Shown here in pieces: positions 27,966 to 37,129 of a DNA stretch of 41,834 nt. The notes beneath the pieces are model-generated. The model did not search any database. It was not told where the DNA came from and saw nothing but the letters and a program-made list of their open reading frames with translations. This DNA comes from Saprospiraceae bacterium. Its GTDB lineage: Bacteria; Bacteroidota; Bacteroidia; Chitinophagales; Saprospiraceae. Every line of letters begins with the position of its first letter. Position 1 is the stretch's first letter. Location: contig JAWLFI010000001.1 of NCBI GenBank assembly GCA_041685645.1, positions 1 through 41,834 of the forward strand. Reading direction: 5' to 3'. The translations under genes and the position numbers were made by a program.

Positions 27966-30812
27966 ATGCATCGTCTCGCCAGTTTAAGATTAGGTTGTTT
28001 AGCTCAGAAAAGGTTGGTTCTCATCTTCTTATACTTGCTACTGAGTTTTCTTGTGTTGAGTAGCCTGAGTGCACAAGTCACGATCAGTGGTAGTATAGTA
28101 GATGCCGAGAATAATGACCCCTTGATTGGGGCTACCATTTTAGTTCGCGAAACGAGTGAGGGCGAGGTGACGGATTACAATGGCGAGTTTACTTTATCGA
28201 CCGAAGCAGAGTTTCCCATGGCCTTATTGATCAACTTTATGGGATATGAAGAGCAAGAGTTGGTCTTAACCGAAAATAATTCTCCATTAAAGATTCAAAT
28301 GAGTTCGGGTGGAGTCATTCTCGAGACGATCAATGTGAAAGGGCAAAGGTTGTCCGAGGAGCGAAAAAAAGAACCATTGAGTGTAGAAACACTTGATTTG
28401 ATTGCGATAAAGGAGACGCCTTCTGCGAGTTTTTACGAAGGACTTGGCAACTTATCTGGTGTTGATTTGACTACAGCGAGTTTGGGATTTACTGTAATCA
28501 ACACGCGAGGATTTAACTCTACGAGTCCTGTGCGTTCTTTGCAAGTAATAGATGGAGTGGATAATCAGTCTCCGGGTTTGAATTTTTCTCTGGGTAATTT
28601 CCTGGGCTCTCCGGAGCTGGATATATTGAAAGTGGATTTGGTGCAGGGAGCTGCCTCTGCCTTTTATGGTCCCAATGCATTTAATGGGGTTATAGATATG
28701 CGGACGAAAGATCCTTTTTTCCACAAAGGGTTAGCGGCAAGTATAAAAGTTGGAGAGAGAAGTATGGTGGAAACTTCCATTCGCTGGGCAGATGCTATCA
28801 ATAATAAAATTGGAGACCCCGTATTCGCCTACAAATTCAACTTCTCGTATTTGACCGCCAATGACTGGGAAGCGGAAAATTACGACCCGGTGGATGCTTC
28901 TGAGGTCACTAAAGAAAACCCGGGCGGATTTGATGCGGTGAATGTTTATGGAGACGAGTACTTTCCCGTCAATGACGCTAGTGGTGCCAGTCCCTGGAGT
29001 GATGCCGCGGGTCTGGGGACATTCTTCAGAACTGGTTATAGGGAAATTGATTTAGTCGATTATCGCACTGAAAATATTAAGGCAAATGCTTTATTTAGTT
29101 TTCGATTGCAACCAAATAAGAGAGAAGAGTCCTCGGTATTGGAGTGGGCTTCCAATTTTGGGTCTGGTACGACGGTCTATCAAGGTGATAATCGATTTCG
29201 ATTAGAAAATATACTGTTTTTTCAAAATCGTTTGGAATGGAGAAAGAAAGACAAATACTTTTTGAGGATGTACGCGACGAATGAGGATGCCGGAGACTCT
29301 TACGACCCCTATGCAACGGCATTGCGCCTTCAGACGAATGCAAAGAGCAATGAGGATTGGGGCCTGGATTACAGGCGATATTGGAGATCCTCTGGTCTGG
29401 GTAACATCCGAGGAAAAATGAGGCAAAACGGCTATCCCGATTTACAGTTTGATGTTGAAACTGGAACCTTTACTTTTGATAATGGGGCCGCTGAGGAATG
29501 GATCATGAATTTCAGTGATTCACTGCAATATTGGCACCAATTATCCGAGTCCTATGCCAATGCTGACGGTGGCTATCTAAGTCCCGGAACAGAGGGCTTT
29601 GATGATGAGTTTGATCGCCTGACAAGTGCTAAGAATAACGAGGAGGAGGGAGGAACTTTGTTTTTTGATCGATCCGCTTTGTATCATGCACAGGGAGAAT
29701 ATCAATGGGAGCTGCCTTTCTTCGATAACTTTAGGACAGGCTTTAGCTCCCGTTTGTATCGACCGAATTCAGACGGGACAATATTTATCGATACCGCAGG
29801 AACGCGCATCACTAATTTTGAATACGGGTTTTATACGGGCTTTGACAAATTATTTTTCGATGAAGAGTTGACCTTCAGCGCTTCTTTGCGCATGGATAAG
29901 AATCAAAATTTTGACTTTGTTTACAGTCCTGCGATGAGTCTGGTGTGGAACCCGGGAAGAGACAACTATTTCCGTTTTTCTTTCTCTTCTGCCATTCGGA
30001 ACCCAACGCTTTCCGACCAATATCTCTCTCTGGATGTAGGTCCGGCTATTTTATCCGGGAATCTCGAAGGAGTAGATTCTCTGGTGACTCTAGAGTCTTT
30101 TTCTGATTATCGCAATACATTAACTTCAGATACTCTGTCTTATTTCAATATCGATCCCATTCAACCAGAGCAAGTGCAGACATTTGAACTTGGGTACCGA
30201 ACGATTTTATGGAACGATATCTTCTTAGATGGCGGGTATTACTACAACTTTTACACGAATTTTCTGGGATACAATATTGGGATTGATGCCGATATAGGAG
30301 ATAATGGATTGATTCGAGACCTTCAGGTGTTTCGGTATTCAGCTAACTCAAGAAAGGAAATAACTACACAAGGTGTATTTCTCAGTCTAAAGTACTATTT
30401 CGATAAATTTAGCCTGTCCGGTAATTATTCATGGAATAAGTTGAACTCTTTTGAAGAGGACCCCATCATTCCCGCCTTTAACACCCCTGAACATAAGTTC
30501 AACATTGCATTTGGTGGACGTAATTTAATTGCAAATATATTTGGAAGTCCAATAAAAAATCTTAGTTTTAATGTGAATTACAAGTGGATTGAGGGCTTCT
30601 TATTTGAAGGGTCGCCTCAATTTACTGGGTTTATTCCTAGTTATCAGTTGTTAGATGGACAAATTAGTTGGAGGTCCGAGACCATTCACACGACGTTTAA
30701 ACTGGGGGCGACAAATATATTGAACAACCGACAATTCCAGACTTATGGAGGACCGCGAATTGGGCGGCTCGCTTATTTTTCCGTAACGTATGACTGGAGG
30801 AATAAAAATTAG
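27966..30812 (+). CDS. TonB-dependent outer-membrane receptor with an N-terminal carboxypeptidase-regulatory-like domain
   Basis: 948 aa. Signal peptide, CarboxypepD_reg-like VTISGSIVDAENNDPLIGATILV, plug region (TVINTRGFNS...LQVIDGVDN, GAASAFYGPNAFNGVI), and a beta-barrel-like C-terminus. Confidence 0.88.
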   Translation: MHRLASLRLGCLAQKRLVLIFLYLLLSFLVLSSLSAQVTISGSIVDAENNDPLIGATILVRETSEGEVTDYNGEFTLSTEAEFPMALLINFMGYEEQELVLTENNSPLKIQMSSGGVILETINVKGQRLSEERKKEPLSVETLDLIAIKETPSASFYEGLGNLSGVDLTTASLGFTVINTRGFNSTSPVRSLQVIDGVDNQSPGLNFSLGNFLGSPELDILKVDLVQGAASAFYGPNAFNGVIDMRTKDPFFHKGLAASIKVGERSMVETSIRWADAINNKIGDPVFAYKFNFSYLTANDWEAENYDPVDASEVTKENPGGFDAVNVYGDEYFPVNDASGASPWSDAAGLGTFFRTGYREIDLVDYRTENIKANALFSFRLQPNKREESSVLEWASNFGSGTTVYQGDNRFRLENILFFQNRLEWRKKDKYFLRMYATNEDAGDSYDPYATALRLQTNAKSNEDWGLDYRRYWRSSGLGNIRGKMRQNGYPDLQFDVETGTFTFDNGAAEEWIMNFSDSLQYWHQLSESYANADGGYLSPGTEGFDDEFDRLTSAKNNEEEGGTLFFDRSALYHAQGEYQWELPFFDNFRTGFSSRLYRPNSDGTIFIDTAGTRITNFEYGFYTGFDKLFFDEELTFSASLRMDKNQNFDFVYSPAMSLVWNPGRDNYFRFSFSSAIRNPTLSDQYLSLDVGPAILSGNLEGVDSLVTLESFSDYRNTLTSDTLSYFNIDPIQPEQVQTFELGYRTILWNDIFLDGGYYYNFYTNFLGYNIGIDADIGDNGLIRDLQVFRYSANSRKEITTQGVFLSLKYYFDKFSLSGNYSWNKLNSFEEDPIIPAFNTPEHKFNIAFGGRNLIANIFGSPIKNLSFNVNYKWIEGFLFEGSPQFTGFIPSYQLLDGQISWRSETIHTTFKLGATNILNNRQFQTYGGPRIGRLAYFSVTYDWRNKN

Positions 30813-30841
30813 CTTTCTCTTTAATCACTAAAATAAACAAT

Positions 30842-32377
30842 ATGAAACAGATTTTTACAGTATTCTTGCTGTGCTTTTTTAGTTGCAGCGCATTATTTGC
30901 TCAAAGCCGATATGTCGAAGAGATTTTCGACGAGGTCAATGTCACTTATGATATAACCTACGGTGTGAACGCCACAGTAATTGCTTTACCTCAAGTAGGA
31001 GAAGCGATACCTCAGGAATTGAAATTGGACGTATACCAGCCCGAGGGCGATACTGAAGCAGAGCGTCCTCTAGTTATCATTTTTCACACGGGCAACTTTT
31101 TGCCTCATCCTGAAAACGGAAGTACCGGAGGGACGAGAACCGACTCATCTATTGTAGATATTGCCAATCGCCTGGCTCGGATGGGATATGTTTCTGCTAT
31201 TGCTACTTATCGGCAAGGATGGAATCCAGTTGCCAATGAGCAGGAAGAGAGAATTTTCACCTTGATTAATGCCGCTTATCGTGGAGTTCAGGATGCCAGA
31301 ACTGCGATTAAGTTTTTCAGGCGAGATGTTGCAGAACAGGGCAACTCATTTGGTGTAGATACAGATCGCATCGTGCTATGGGGTGAGGGTACTGGTGGAT
31401 ATATTTCTTTTAATACTGCGGTGTTAGATGATTACAACAAAATTCCATTGACTCCAGGGGGTAAATTTATTACAGAAATAGGAGGTATGCCTTTCCCCAT
31501 GGTTGTCGAAGCGATAAATGGTGATATCTACTGCGACTCTGTAGGCATTACACCTCCCGGGTATCCAGGGTTTCCAGCGGGTGACACCTTGAACTATCCC
31601 AATCATGTGGGATACAATAGTGATTTCAACTTGAGTGTAAACATGGGCGGAGCTTGTGGAGATACTTCCTGGATTGATCCGGGTCAAGTTCCTATTATTT
31701 CCTATCACGTGCCGACGGATCCGAATGCCCCCTATATGGGCGATGTACTTATAGTGCCCGGATTTAATTTGCCTGTGGTTGAGGTTTTTGGAAGTTATAC
31801 GGTTCAGGAGTTTACTAACCGATATGGAAATAATGACGCTTTTGCCGACATGGAATTCGATAATGATTTTTCAGAGGTTGCCGAAAGTAGAAATGATGGA
31901 TTAGATGGTTTGTTTCCTATTATAGGTTTCGATGGCCCCAATGATTCTTCTCCATGGCAATGGTGGAATCCCGATGAGAATGTCAATCATGGGAATGGAA
32001 TTATGAGTAATCCAAGTATGAGTCCTGAGAAGGGCAGAACCTATATTGATACTATAATGGCTTACTATGCACCCAGAGCGTGTGAAGTGCTGAATTTGGA
32101 ATGTGAACCGGTGAGTGCAGAACCTCTAATTGAAAAAGCTGAATTTACAGTTGCTCCAACTCCTGCTCGTGACATGATGAAAATTACTGCAGACCGTTCT
32201 AATGTAATTACGGATTGGCAGATGTATGATATGCAGGGTAGAATTGTTCAAGAGAAAAGAGGATTAGAGGCTCAGACAGAACTTGTCAATCGAAATGGAC
32301 TCTCTAGTGGACAGTATATTCTCAAGGTGGCGTTTCAAAATGGAACGACCGCTTCCAAAATGGTGATCTATCAATAA
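30842..32377 (+). CDS. T9SS-secreted alpha/beta-hydrolase-fold (esterase-like) protein lacking the canonical nucleophile motif
   Basis: Signal peptide. Esterase-like LKLDVYQPEG...PLVIIFHTGNF and RIVLWGEGTGGY sit where HGGG and GxSxG are expected. The C-terminal ~80 aa form a T9SS sorting domain (LSSGQYILKV...ASKMVIYQ). Confidence 0.8.
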   Translation: MKQIFTVFLLCFFSCSALFAQSRYVEEIFDEVNVTYDITYGVNATVIALPQVGEAIPQELKLDVYQPEGDTEAERPLVIIFHTGNFLPHPENGSTGGTRTDSSIVDIANRLARMGYVSAIATYRQGWNPVANEQEERIFTLINAAYRGVQDARTAIKFFRRDVAEQGNSFGVDTDRIVLWGEGTGGYISFNTAVLDDYNKIPLTPGGKFITEIGGMPFPMVVEAINGDIYCDSVGITPPGYPGFPAGDTLNYPNHVGYNSDFNLSVNMGGACGDTSWIDPGQVPIISYHVPTDPNAPYMGDVLIVPGFNLPVVEVFGSYTVQEFTNRYGNNDAFADMEFDNDFSEVAESRNDGLDGLFPIIGFDGPNDSSPWQWWNPDENVNHGNGIMSNPSMSPEKGRTYIDTIMAYYAPRACEVLNLECEPVSAEPLIEKAEFTVAPTPARDMMKITADRSNVITDWQMYDMQGRIVQEKRGLEAQTELVNRNGLSSGQYILKVAFQNGTTASKMVIYQ

Positions 32378-32400
32378 ATAGGATCATTCTTGATGGCAAA

Positions 32401-32441
32401 AGAAAACGGAGATTGCAATTGCAGTCTCCGTTTTCTTTTTT
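32401..32441 (+). terminator. Rho-independent terminator
   Basis: 12-bp perfect stem AGAAAACGGAGA / TCTCCGTTTTCT (32401-32412 / 32425-32436) followed by a T-run. Confidence 0.8.
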
Positions 32442-32581
32442 CAGCTCCCTTTTCAACCATGGTATTTTACTTGCATTCAATAGTCCAAGAGGGAAGGGGC
32501 TTCATTGAGAATGAGATAACAGGGGGATCATCATTTTTGTGATTTCACTATTAAGTTCTGTGAATCGACAACAAATTAAAA

Positions 32582-33136
32582 TCAATTGTTGGACTGTCCA
32601 TCAGCACCTTCATCCTGAAAATTCAACTCGAAACCTATTTTTTGATTTGGTTCGTCATCGTCAAAATCTTCCATTAGTGTTATCTCTGCAACAAACTCCT
32701 CCATGTGGCGGATGAGGTAGGGGTTTTTAAGCTCTTCCGGACGATAAATAGCTAGAGTTTTGGGTTGATGGGGCTGACCGTAATTCTCAATGTGAGGATA
32801 ATTGATCATGACCATTATTTTCCCGTTGAATAGTTGTTGATACAGGAGTGCTCCGTTGTGTTTGATCATGTGCCTATCTATTTCTTCATTGACTTTATGA
32901 AAAAGACCACTTTTCGACTCTCCCAGTGTTAGTACGACTGCTTCCAGATTCTCAATTTGGGTTTTAGTGACGACTTTCGCTTCCAAACCACTGAGTTCAA
33001 CTAATTCTTCAAGCCCGGTTGTAATTTCCTCTCTCAGGCTTTCTTTCCAGGCTTTTCGGTATTCTTCCGTGTTCTCAATGACTTCTTTGTACTTTTTCAC
33101 CTTTCTAACTAGGTTTCTTACTTCTGTAGGGTTCAT
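32582..33136 (-). CDS. Hypothetical protein (184 aa)
   Basis: The ORF has normal composition from MNPTEVRNLV onwards. The 38 upstream codons in the track (to 33250) read like AT-rich promoter DNA. No motif recognised. Confidence 0.6.
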   Translation of the reverse strand: MNPTEVRNLVRKVKKYKEVIENTEEYRKAWKESLREEITTGLEELVELSGLEAKVVTKTQIENLEAVVLTLGESKSGLFHKVNEEIDRHMIKHNGALLYQQLFNGKIMVMINYPHIENYGQPHQPKTLAIYRPEELKNPYLIRHMEEFVAEITLMEDFDDDEPNQKIGFELNFQDEGADGQSNN

Positions 33137-33276
33137 GTAAAAATTTTTTGTGGTATGAATATTGTTGAATATAATAATAAAGAAGATACCTTTTGAGTTA
33201 TTTAAGGACTTATTCGTTTTGTGAAATCGCAAGTCATTACAAATGAACAAATTATGAACAATAACGTTATAAAGAT

Positions 33277-33573
33277 ATGGCTAGTAAAGATGATGTAATA
33301 AACGAAATCGAATCACTCTATCAATCGATCGAAAAAAACATAGGGGAAATTGAAATAGCTATTAAGGTTAACGGAGAAAATCCAAGAGTTCAACTTAATA
33401 ACCACTTGAATAGGTTAAAAACGATTAGATTTAAGCTACGCACTAGCTTAGATGGCTTGTTGAAAAACCCCTCAACAGATATTGATAAAGTGGAAGATGT
33501 TGAAATTTGGACGCTCATATCTAATGCGCGAAAATTGTTAGAGGAGCAAAAGAAAGTCATCAAGAACAGGTAA
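33277..33573 (+). CDS. Hypothetical small coiled-coil protein (98 aa)
   Basis: An ORF with heptad-like charged and hydrophobic periodicity. It is the first gene of a same-strand run of five small genes. Confidence 0.5.
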   Translation: MASKDDVINEIESLYQSIEKNIGEIEIAIKVNGENPRVQLNNHLNRLKTIRFKLRTSLDGLLKNPSTDIDKVEDVEIWTLISNARKLLEEQKKVIKNR

Positions 33574-33596
33574 ATTTTTAAACTAAAAATAATAGT

Positions 33597-33977
33597 ATGA
33601 AAGACGGAACGAAATTTGGAATTGGATTAGGAATAGGCTTAATTGCCGGAGCAGCGACCGGTTATTATCTCACAAGTGATGAGGGCAAGAAAATGAGGAA
33701 AGAAGCTGGTAAGAAATGGGACAATATGGAAAAAAAGTCTCGGAAAATCTTAGACGAAAAGACTGGAGAAATATCAGAGAATCTTCAAGGCTTTTTACAC
33801 CGCGTTGAATCGCAAATAAAATCGCTCGTAGAGAGAATGGAGCGGGCGGAAAAGAAGTCCAGTTCAGTAGCACGCCAGGGACTTGATGCTGCCGACGAAG
33901 CTTCTTCAGAGGGGGCAAAGGCGGCTAAGAAGAAAATTGAAAAGGCTGCAGATAAGGCTAAAGAAGTTCTAGATTAA
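33597..33977 (+). CDS. YtxH-domain protein (general-stress-type membrane-anchored helical protein)
   Basis: Gly-rich N-terminal anchor GIGLGIGLIAGAATGYYL, then a K/E/A-rich helical region. This is the YtxH pattern. Confidence 0.75.
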   Translation: MKDGTKFGIGLGIGLIAGAATGYYLTSDEGKKMRKEAGKKWDNMEKKSRKILDEKTGEISENLQGFLHRVESQIKSLVERMERAEKKSSSVARQGLDAADEASSEGAKAAKKKIEKAADKAKEVLD

Positions 33978-33991
33978 TTGAGAAATAATTT

Positions 33992-34330
33992 ATGAAGGAG
34001 TATTTAGTTGAACTAACGTTACTGGTAAGGAAGTACCTTGAGCTATCACTTGAAGAGCTCAAGCTGGGCCAAATGAAATTATTTGTTAACCTAATGGCCG
34101 GGCTGGTACTCTTATCATTGGTCGGGGTGTTGTCTCTTTTGGTACTTGTTTTATTAGTAGCTGCTGCTTGTGTTTTCTTAGCTGATCTTTGGAACTCTGT
34201 GACCTTGGGGTTATTAGGTGGAGCTGGATTTTTAACTATTTTGCTTTTTGTTTTCAGAGTATTTAGTGATTCTTTGCTATTGACTCCCATTAGGAATATG
34301 ATTACCAAGATGATAACTAAAGACTCATGA
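33992..34330 (+). CDS. Holin-X-like (Phage_holin_3_6-type) two-TM membrane protein
   Basis: An amphipathic N-terminus followed by two long hydrophobic helices (LMAGLVLLSLVGVLSLLVLVLLVAAACVFL and LGLLGGAGFLTILLFVF). Genes of this type commonly pair with ytxH genes. Confidence 0.6.
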   Translation: MKEYLVELTLLVRKYLELSLEELKLGQMKLFVNLMAGLVLLSLVGVLSLLVLVLLVAAACVFLADLWNSVTLGLLGGAGFLTILLFVFRVFSDSLLLTPIRNMITKMITKDS

Positions 34331-34563
34331 AGGAAATTAGTAGTTATAGAGAGTTGGTCAAAAGAAGAAAGTCAGTTCAACTGGAAAGGGAATTTCTAGA
34401 AAGGGAAATCCTCCAATTGCACGAAAACCCAAGTAGTGAATCTTCAGGGATGTGGAGATGGATTTATAATCTTCATCCTCGGGACATATCGAAGATTTGG
34501 GAGGTAGGTACATTCCTGATTCGTAAATTACGAACATCAGAAGAAAAGAAAAGTGAAAGTTAG
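34327..34563 (+). CDS. Hypothetical small protein (78 aa), translationally coupled to the upstream gene
   Basis: Its start overlaps the upstream stop (ATGA at 34327-34330). No recognisable motif. Confidence 0.45.
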   Translation: MKEISSYRELVKRRKSVQLEREFLEREILQLHENPSSESSGMWRWIYNLHPRDISKIWEVGTFLIRKLRTSEEKKSES

Positions 34564-34603
34564 TATATTTTTCACTATATTTGTATAAATTAAACAATCA
34601 ATC

Positions 34604-35017
34604 ATGAAACTATCAAAGCAGTTAATTATTTTATCACTTCTCGCTGTCAGTTCATTTGGCCTTATTTCTTGTGGTTCAGAGGGTGAAAAATCAGAAAAGG
34701 AGAAAATGGAAAAGTCTATGGATGAGACTAAAGAGGAAGCTAATAAAGCAATCGAAGAAGCGAACAAGACCCTTTCAAGCCTAAATCAATCTATCAAAGA
34801 GCAAATATCAAAGCTGTCCAATGAAATGAAAGATGCTGAGGGAGAGGCAAAAGAGGGGTATGAAAAATCAATCGAAGAGCTGAAAAACCTTGAGAAAAAG
34901 ACAAAGGAAATGATGAATGATTCTGAAGAAGCCACTGAGGAGAAAGTTAAGCAAATGAATAAGAAGGCAAAGGAATTAAAGCAATCGTTTGAAGATTGGG
35001 TAGAGAAAAATATGTAA
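34604..35017 (+). CDS. Lipoprotein, K/E-rich coiled coil (137 aa)
   Basis: Lipobox signal MKLSKQLIILSLLAVSSFGLISC, then a highly charged helical sequence. Confidence 0.65.
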   Translation: MKLSKQLIILSLLAVSSFGLISCGSEGEKSEKEKMEKSMDETKEEANKAIEEANKTLSSLNQSIKEQISKLSNEMKDAEGEAKEGYEKSIEELKNLEKKTKEMMNDSEEATEEKVKQMNKKAKELKQSFEDWVEKNM

Positions 35018-35034
35018 TATCTTTTACTTAATAA

Positions 35035-35076
35035 AAATAGCCATACTTAATCCTTTAGGTATGGCTATTTTTATTT
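35035..35076 (+). terminator. Rho-independent terminator
   Basis: 12-bp perfect stem AAATAGCCATAC / GTATGGCTATTT (35035-35046 / 35059-35070) followed by TTATTT. Confidence 0.75.
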
Positions 35077-35112
35077 GCTTCCTTATATTTTTGTCGTTCA
35101 AGAAATCAAATT

Positions 35113-35739
35113 ATGCTTGAGGCTTCTCATCTGAAATACAAGTATACATCCGGAGTAACTTTGTCATTCCCTTCAATAGAGGTTACTTCAGGCGATTCTC
35201 TACTTATTTTGGGGAACTCGGGAAGTGGAAAGACCACTTTTCTTCAGTTGTTGGCTGGCATCCGTAAGCCTACTCAAGGTCAGATCGTATTTGATGGGAT
35301 TTCTTTAGATTCTATGTCAGCCTCGACCTTAGATAAGTTTAGAGGGCGAAATATTGGGATCGTCTTTCAGCAACCCTACTTTATCGATGCCCTGACCGTT
35401 GAAGAAAATATGATGGCGAGCTGTTATTTCTCTTCTATGAAAAGAGACGATCAAAGGGGAGTCCAATTGTTGGATCGGCTGAATATTCGCCAAAAAGCAA
35501 AATCCAGCCCGAGACAGTTAAGCGTAGGGGAACAGCAAAGAGTCGGCATTGCTTTAGCTCTTATTAATCAACCTAAGCTTATTCTAGCAGACGAGCCCAC
35601 ATCTGCTTTGGATGACAATAATGCTCAGGCTGTATTGAATCTTCTTCGAGAAGAGGCAGATCGACTGGGAAGTGCTTTAATCATAGTTACTCACGATAAG
35701 CGGCTAAAAGATAATATTGAGCAAACAATTACTCTATGA
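35113..35739 (+). CDS. ABC transporter ATP-binding protein (MacB/LolD/FtsE-like)
   Basis: Walker A GNSGSGKTT, signature LSVGEQQRV, Walker B LILADEPTSALD, and an H-loop in IVTHD. Confidence 0.92.
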   Translation: MLEASHLKYKYTSGVTLSFPSIEVTSGDSLLILGNSGSGKTTFLQLLAGIRKPTQGQIVFDGISLDSMSASTLDKFRGRNIGIVFQQPYFIDALTVEENMMASCYFSSMKRDDQRGVQLLDRLNIRQKAKSSPRQLSVGEQQRVGIALALINQPKLILADEPTSALDDNNAQAVLNLLREEADRLGSALIIVTHDKRLKDNIEQTITL

Positions 35740-37070
35740 ACCTATTGTCCATCAGCTGGAAAAATATCCAGCATAAGCCGACTTCTGTAATATTGAGTCT
35801 CGTGCTCTTTGCACTGGGCGTGGGTCTGGTAGCCTTTTTACTTCAAGTAGATAGACAGGTGCAGCAAAAATTTGAAAACAACCTGGCAGGTGTCGATTTA
35901 GTGGTCGGAGCGAAAGGCAGTCCCTTACAATTGATTTTGAGCAGTATGTACCATATTGATGCTCCAACTGGAAATATTAGTTTGGAGCAGGCTCGCCCTT
36001 TTTTAAACCCGCAACATCCTTTGGTAGATTTAGCAGTTCCCCTTTCCTTGGGAGATAGTTTTAAAGGGTATCGAATTGTGGGAACAACTCGTGATATTCT
36101 TGAATTATATGATATTCAAATGTCCGATGAAAAGTTGTGGCAGAAAGACTTTGAAGTAACGGCAGGTGCAGAAGTGGCAAAAAAGTTAAAACTATCTGTC
36201 GGAGACGTTTTTCAAAGCTCCCACGGATTTACTGAAGACATCCATTCGCACGATGAGCAACTGGAAATAGTGGGAATACTAAATCCGACGAATACGGTTT
36301 TAGATCAATTGTTGTTGACTACTCCGGCAACCTTTTGGAAGTTACATAATCATGGGGAAAACCTCCCCGAAGGAGACGATCGTGCCGGCCATGATCATAA
36401 GGATGGTAATCATGTCGGTCATGATCATCACGATCACGATCACGATCATGGAGATGCTGGTAATGATAGCGAGACAATGCTCTCTTCTTCCTCTAACGCA
36501 TATTTGCTTCAGCAGGAAGATAGCCTTTCGATAACCTCCCTTTTACTCACATTTAAGGGCAGGAATTTTCAGGCCTTGAATCTGGGAAGAAATATCAATG
36601 AGAATACTGATATGCAAGCGGCGAGTCCGGCAATAGAAATTAATCGCTTGTTCTCCCTTATGGATACAGGAACACGAGCATTGAATGCTCTGGCTTTGGC
36701 CATTATTTTTGTTTCTGGTTTGAGTATTTTTTTAGCGATGTTGAATAAACTGAGAGACCGAAAATTAGAATTGGCCTACATGAGAGTTAAAGGGGCTTCG
36801 AGAACTCAAGTGTTTATGCTCATTATTTTCGAAGGACTCATTATTGCTTTTCTCGGTAGTCTACTGGGATTCTTATTGAGTTATGGAGGGATTTATTTGT
36901 TATCTACGAGTATGGAGGCGAATTATAATTATAGTTTATCTGCCGGATCCTTCTCTATGGCAGAGCTTTATTTGTTTTTTGGGGCACTGGTTATGGGCGC
37001 TCTTGCTGCAATCCTTCCAGCTATTCAGGCTTCGAAAACTGATATTTCAATCACTTTGGAAGGAAATTAG
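35736..37070 (+). CDS. FtsX/MacB-type ABC permease with a His/Asp-rich insertion in the extracytoplasmic domain
   Basis: TM1, a large extracytoplasmic domain and three C-terminal TM helices (the FtsX fold pattern). The insertion is HNHGENLPEGDDRAGHDHKDGNHVGHDHHDHDHDHGDAGND. Its start overlaps the ATPase stop (ATGA). Confidence 0.88.
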   Translation: MNLLSISWKNIQHKPTSVILSLVLFALGVGLVAFLLQVDRQVQQKFENNLAGVDLVVGAKGSPLQLILSSMYHIDAPTGNISLEQARPFLNPQHPLVDLAVPLSLGDSFKGYRIVGTTRDILELYDIQMSDEKLWQKDFEVTAGAEVAKKLKLSVGDVFQSSHGFTEDIHSHDEQLEIVGILNPTNTVLDQLLLTTPATFWKLHNHGENLPEGDDRAGHDHKDGNHVGHDHHDHDHDHGDAGNDSETMLSSSSNAYLLQQEDSLSITSLLLTFKGRNFQALNLGRNINENTDMQAASPAIEINRLFSLMDTGTRALNALALAIIFVSGLSIFLAMLNKLRDRKLELAYMRVKGASRTQVFMLIIFEGLIIAFLGSLLGFLLSYGGIYLLSTSMEANYNYSLSAGSFSMAELYLFFGALVMGALAAILPAIQASKTDISITLEGN

Positions 37071-37129
37071 ATCCCATTTTTATTTTCTTCCCCTATCTTT
37101 GAGAAATTTATGGCTAAAACTACACAGGT

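Noticed and set aside
33137-33250. The N-terminal 38-codon extension of the minus-strand 222-aa ORF.
   Set aside because: It reads as low-complexity, AT-rich sequence (…GIFFIIIFNNIHTTKNFY) that lies in the divergent promoter region. The ATG at 33136 starts a normally composed protein.
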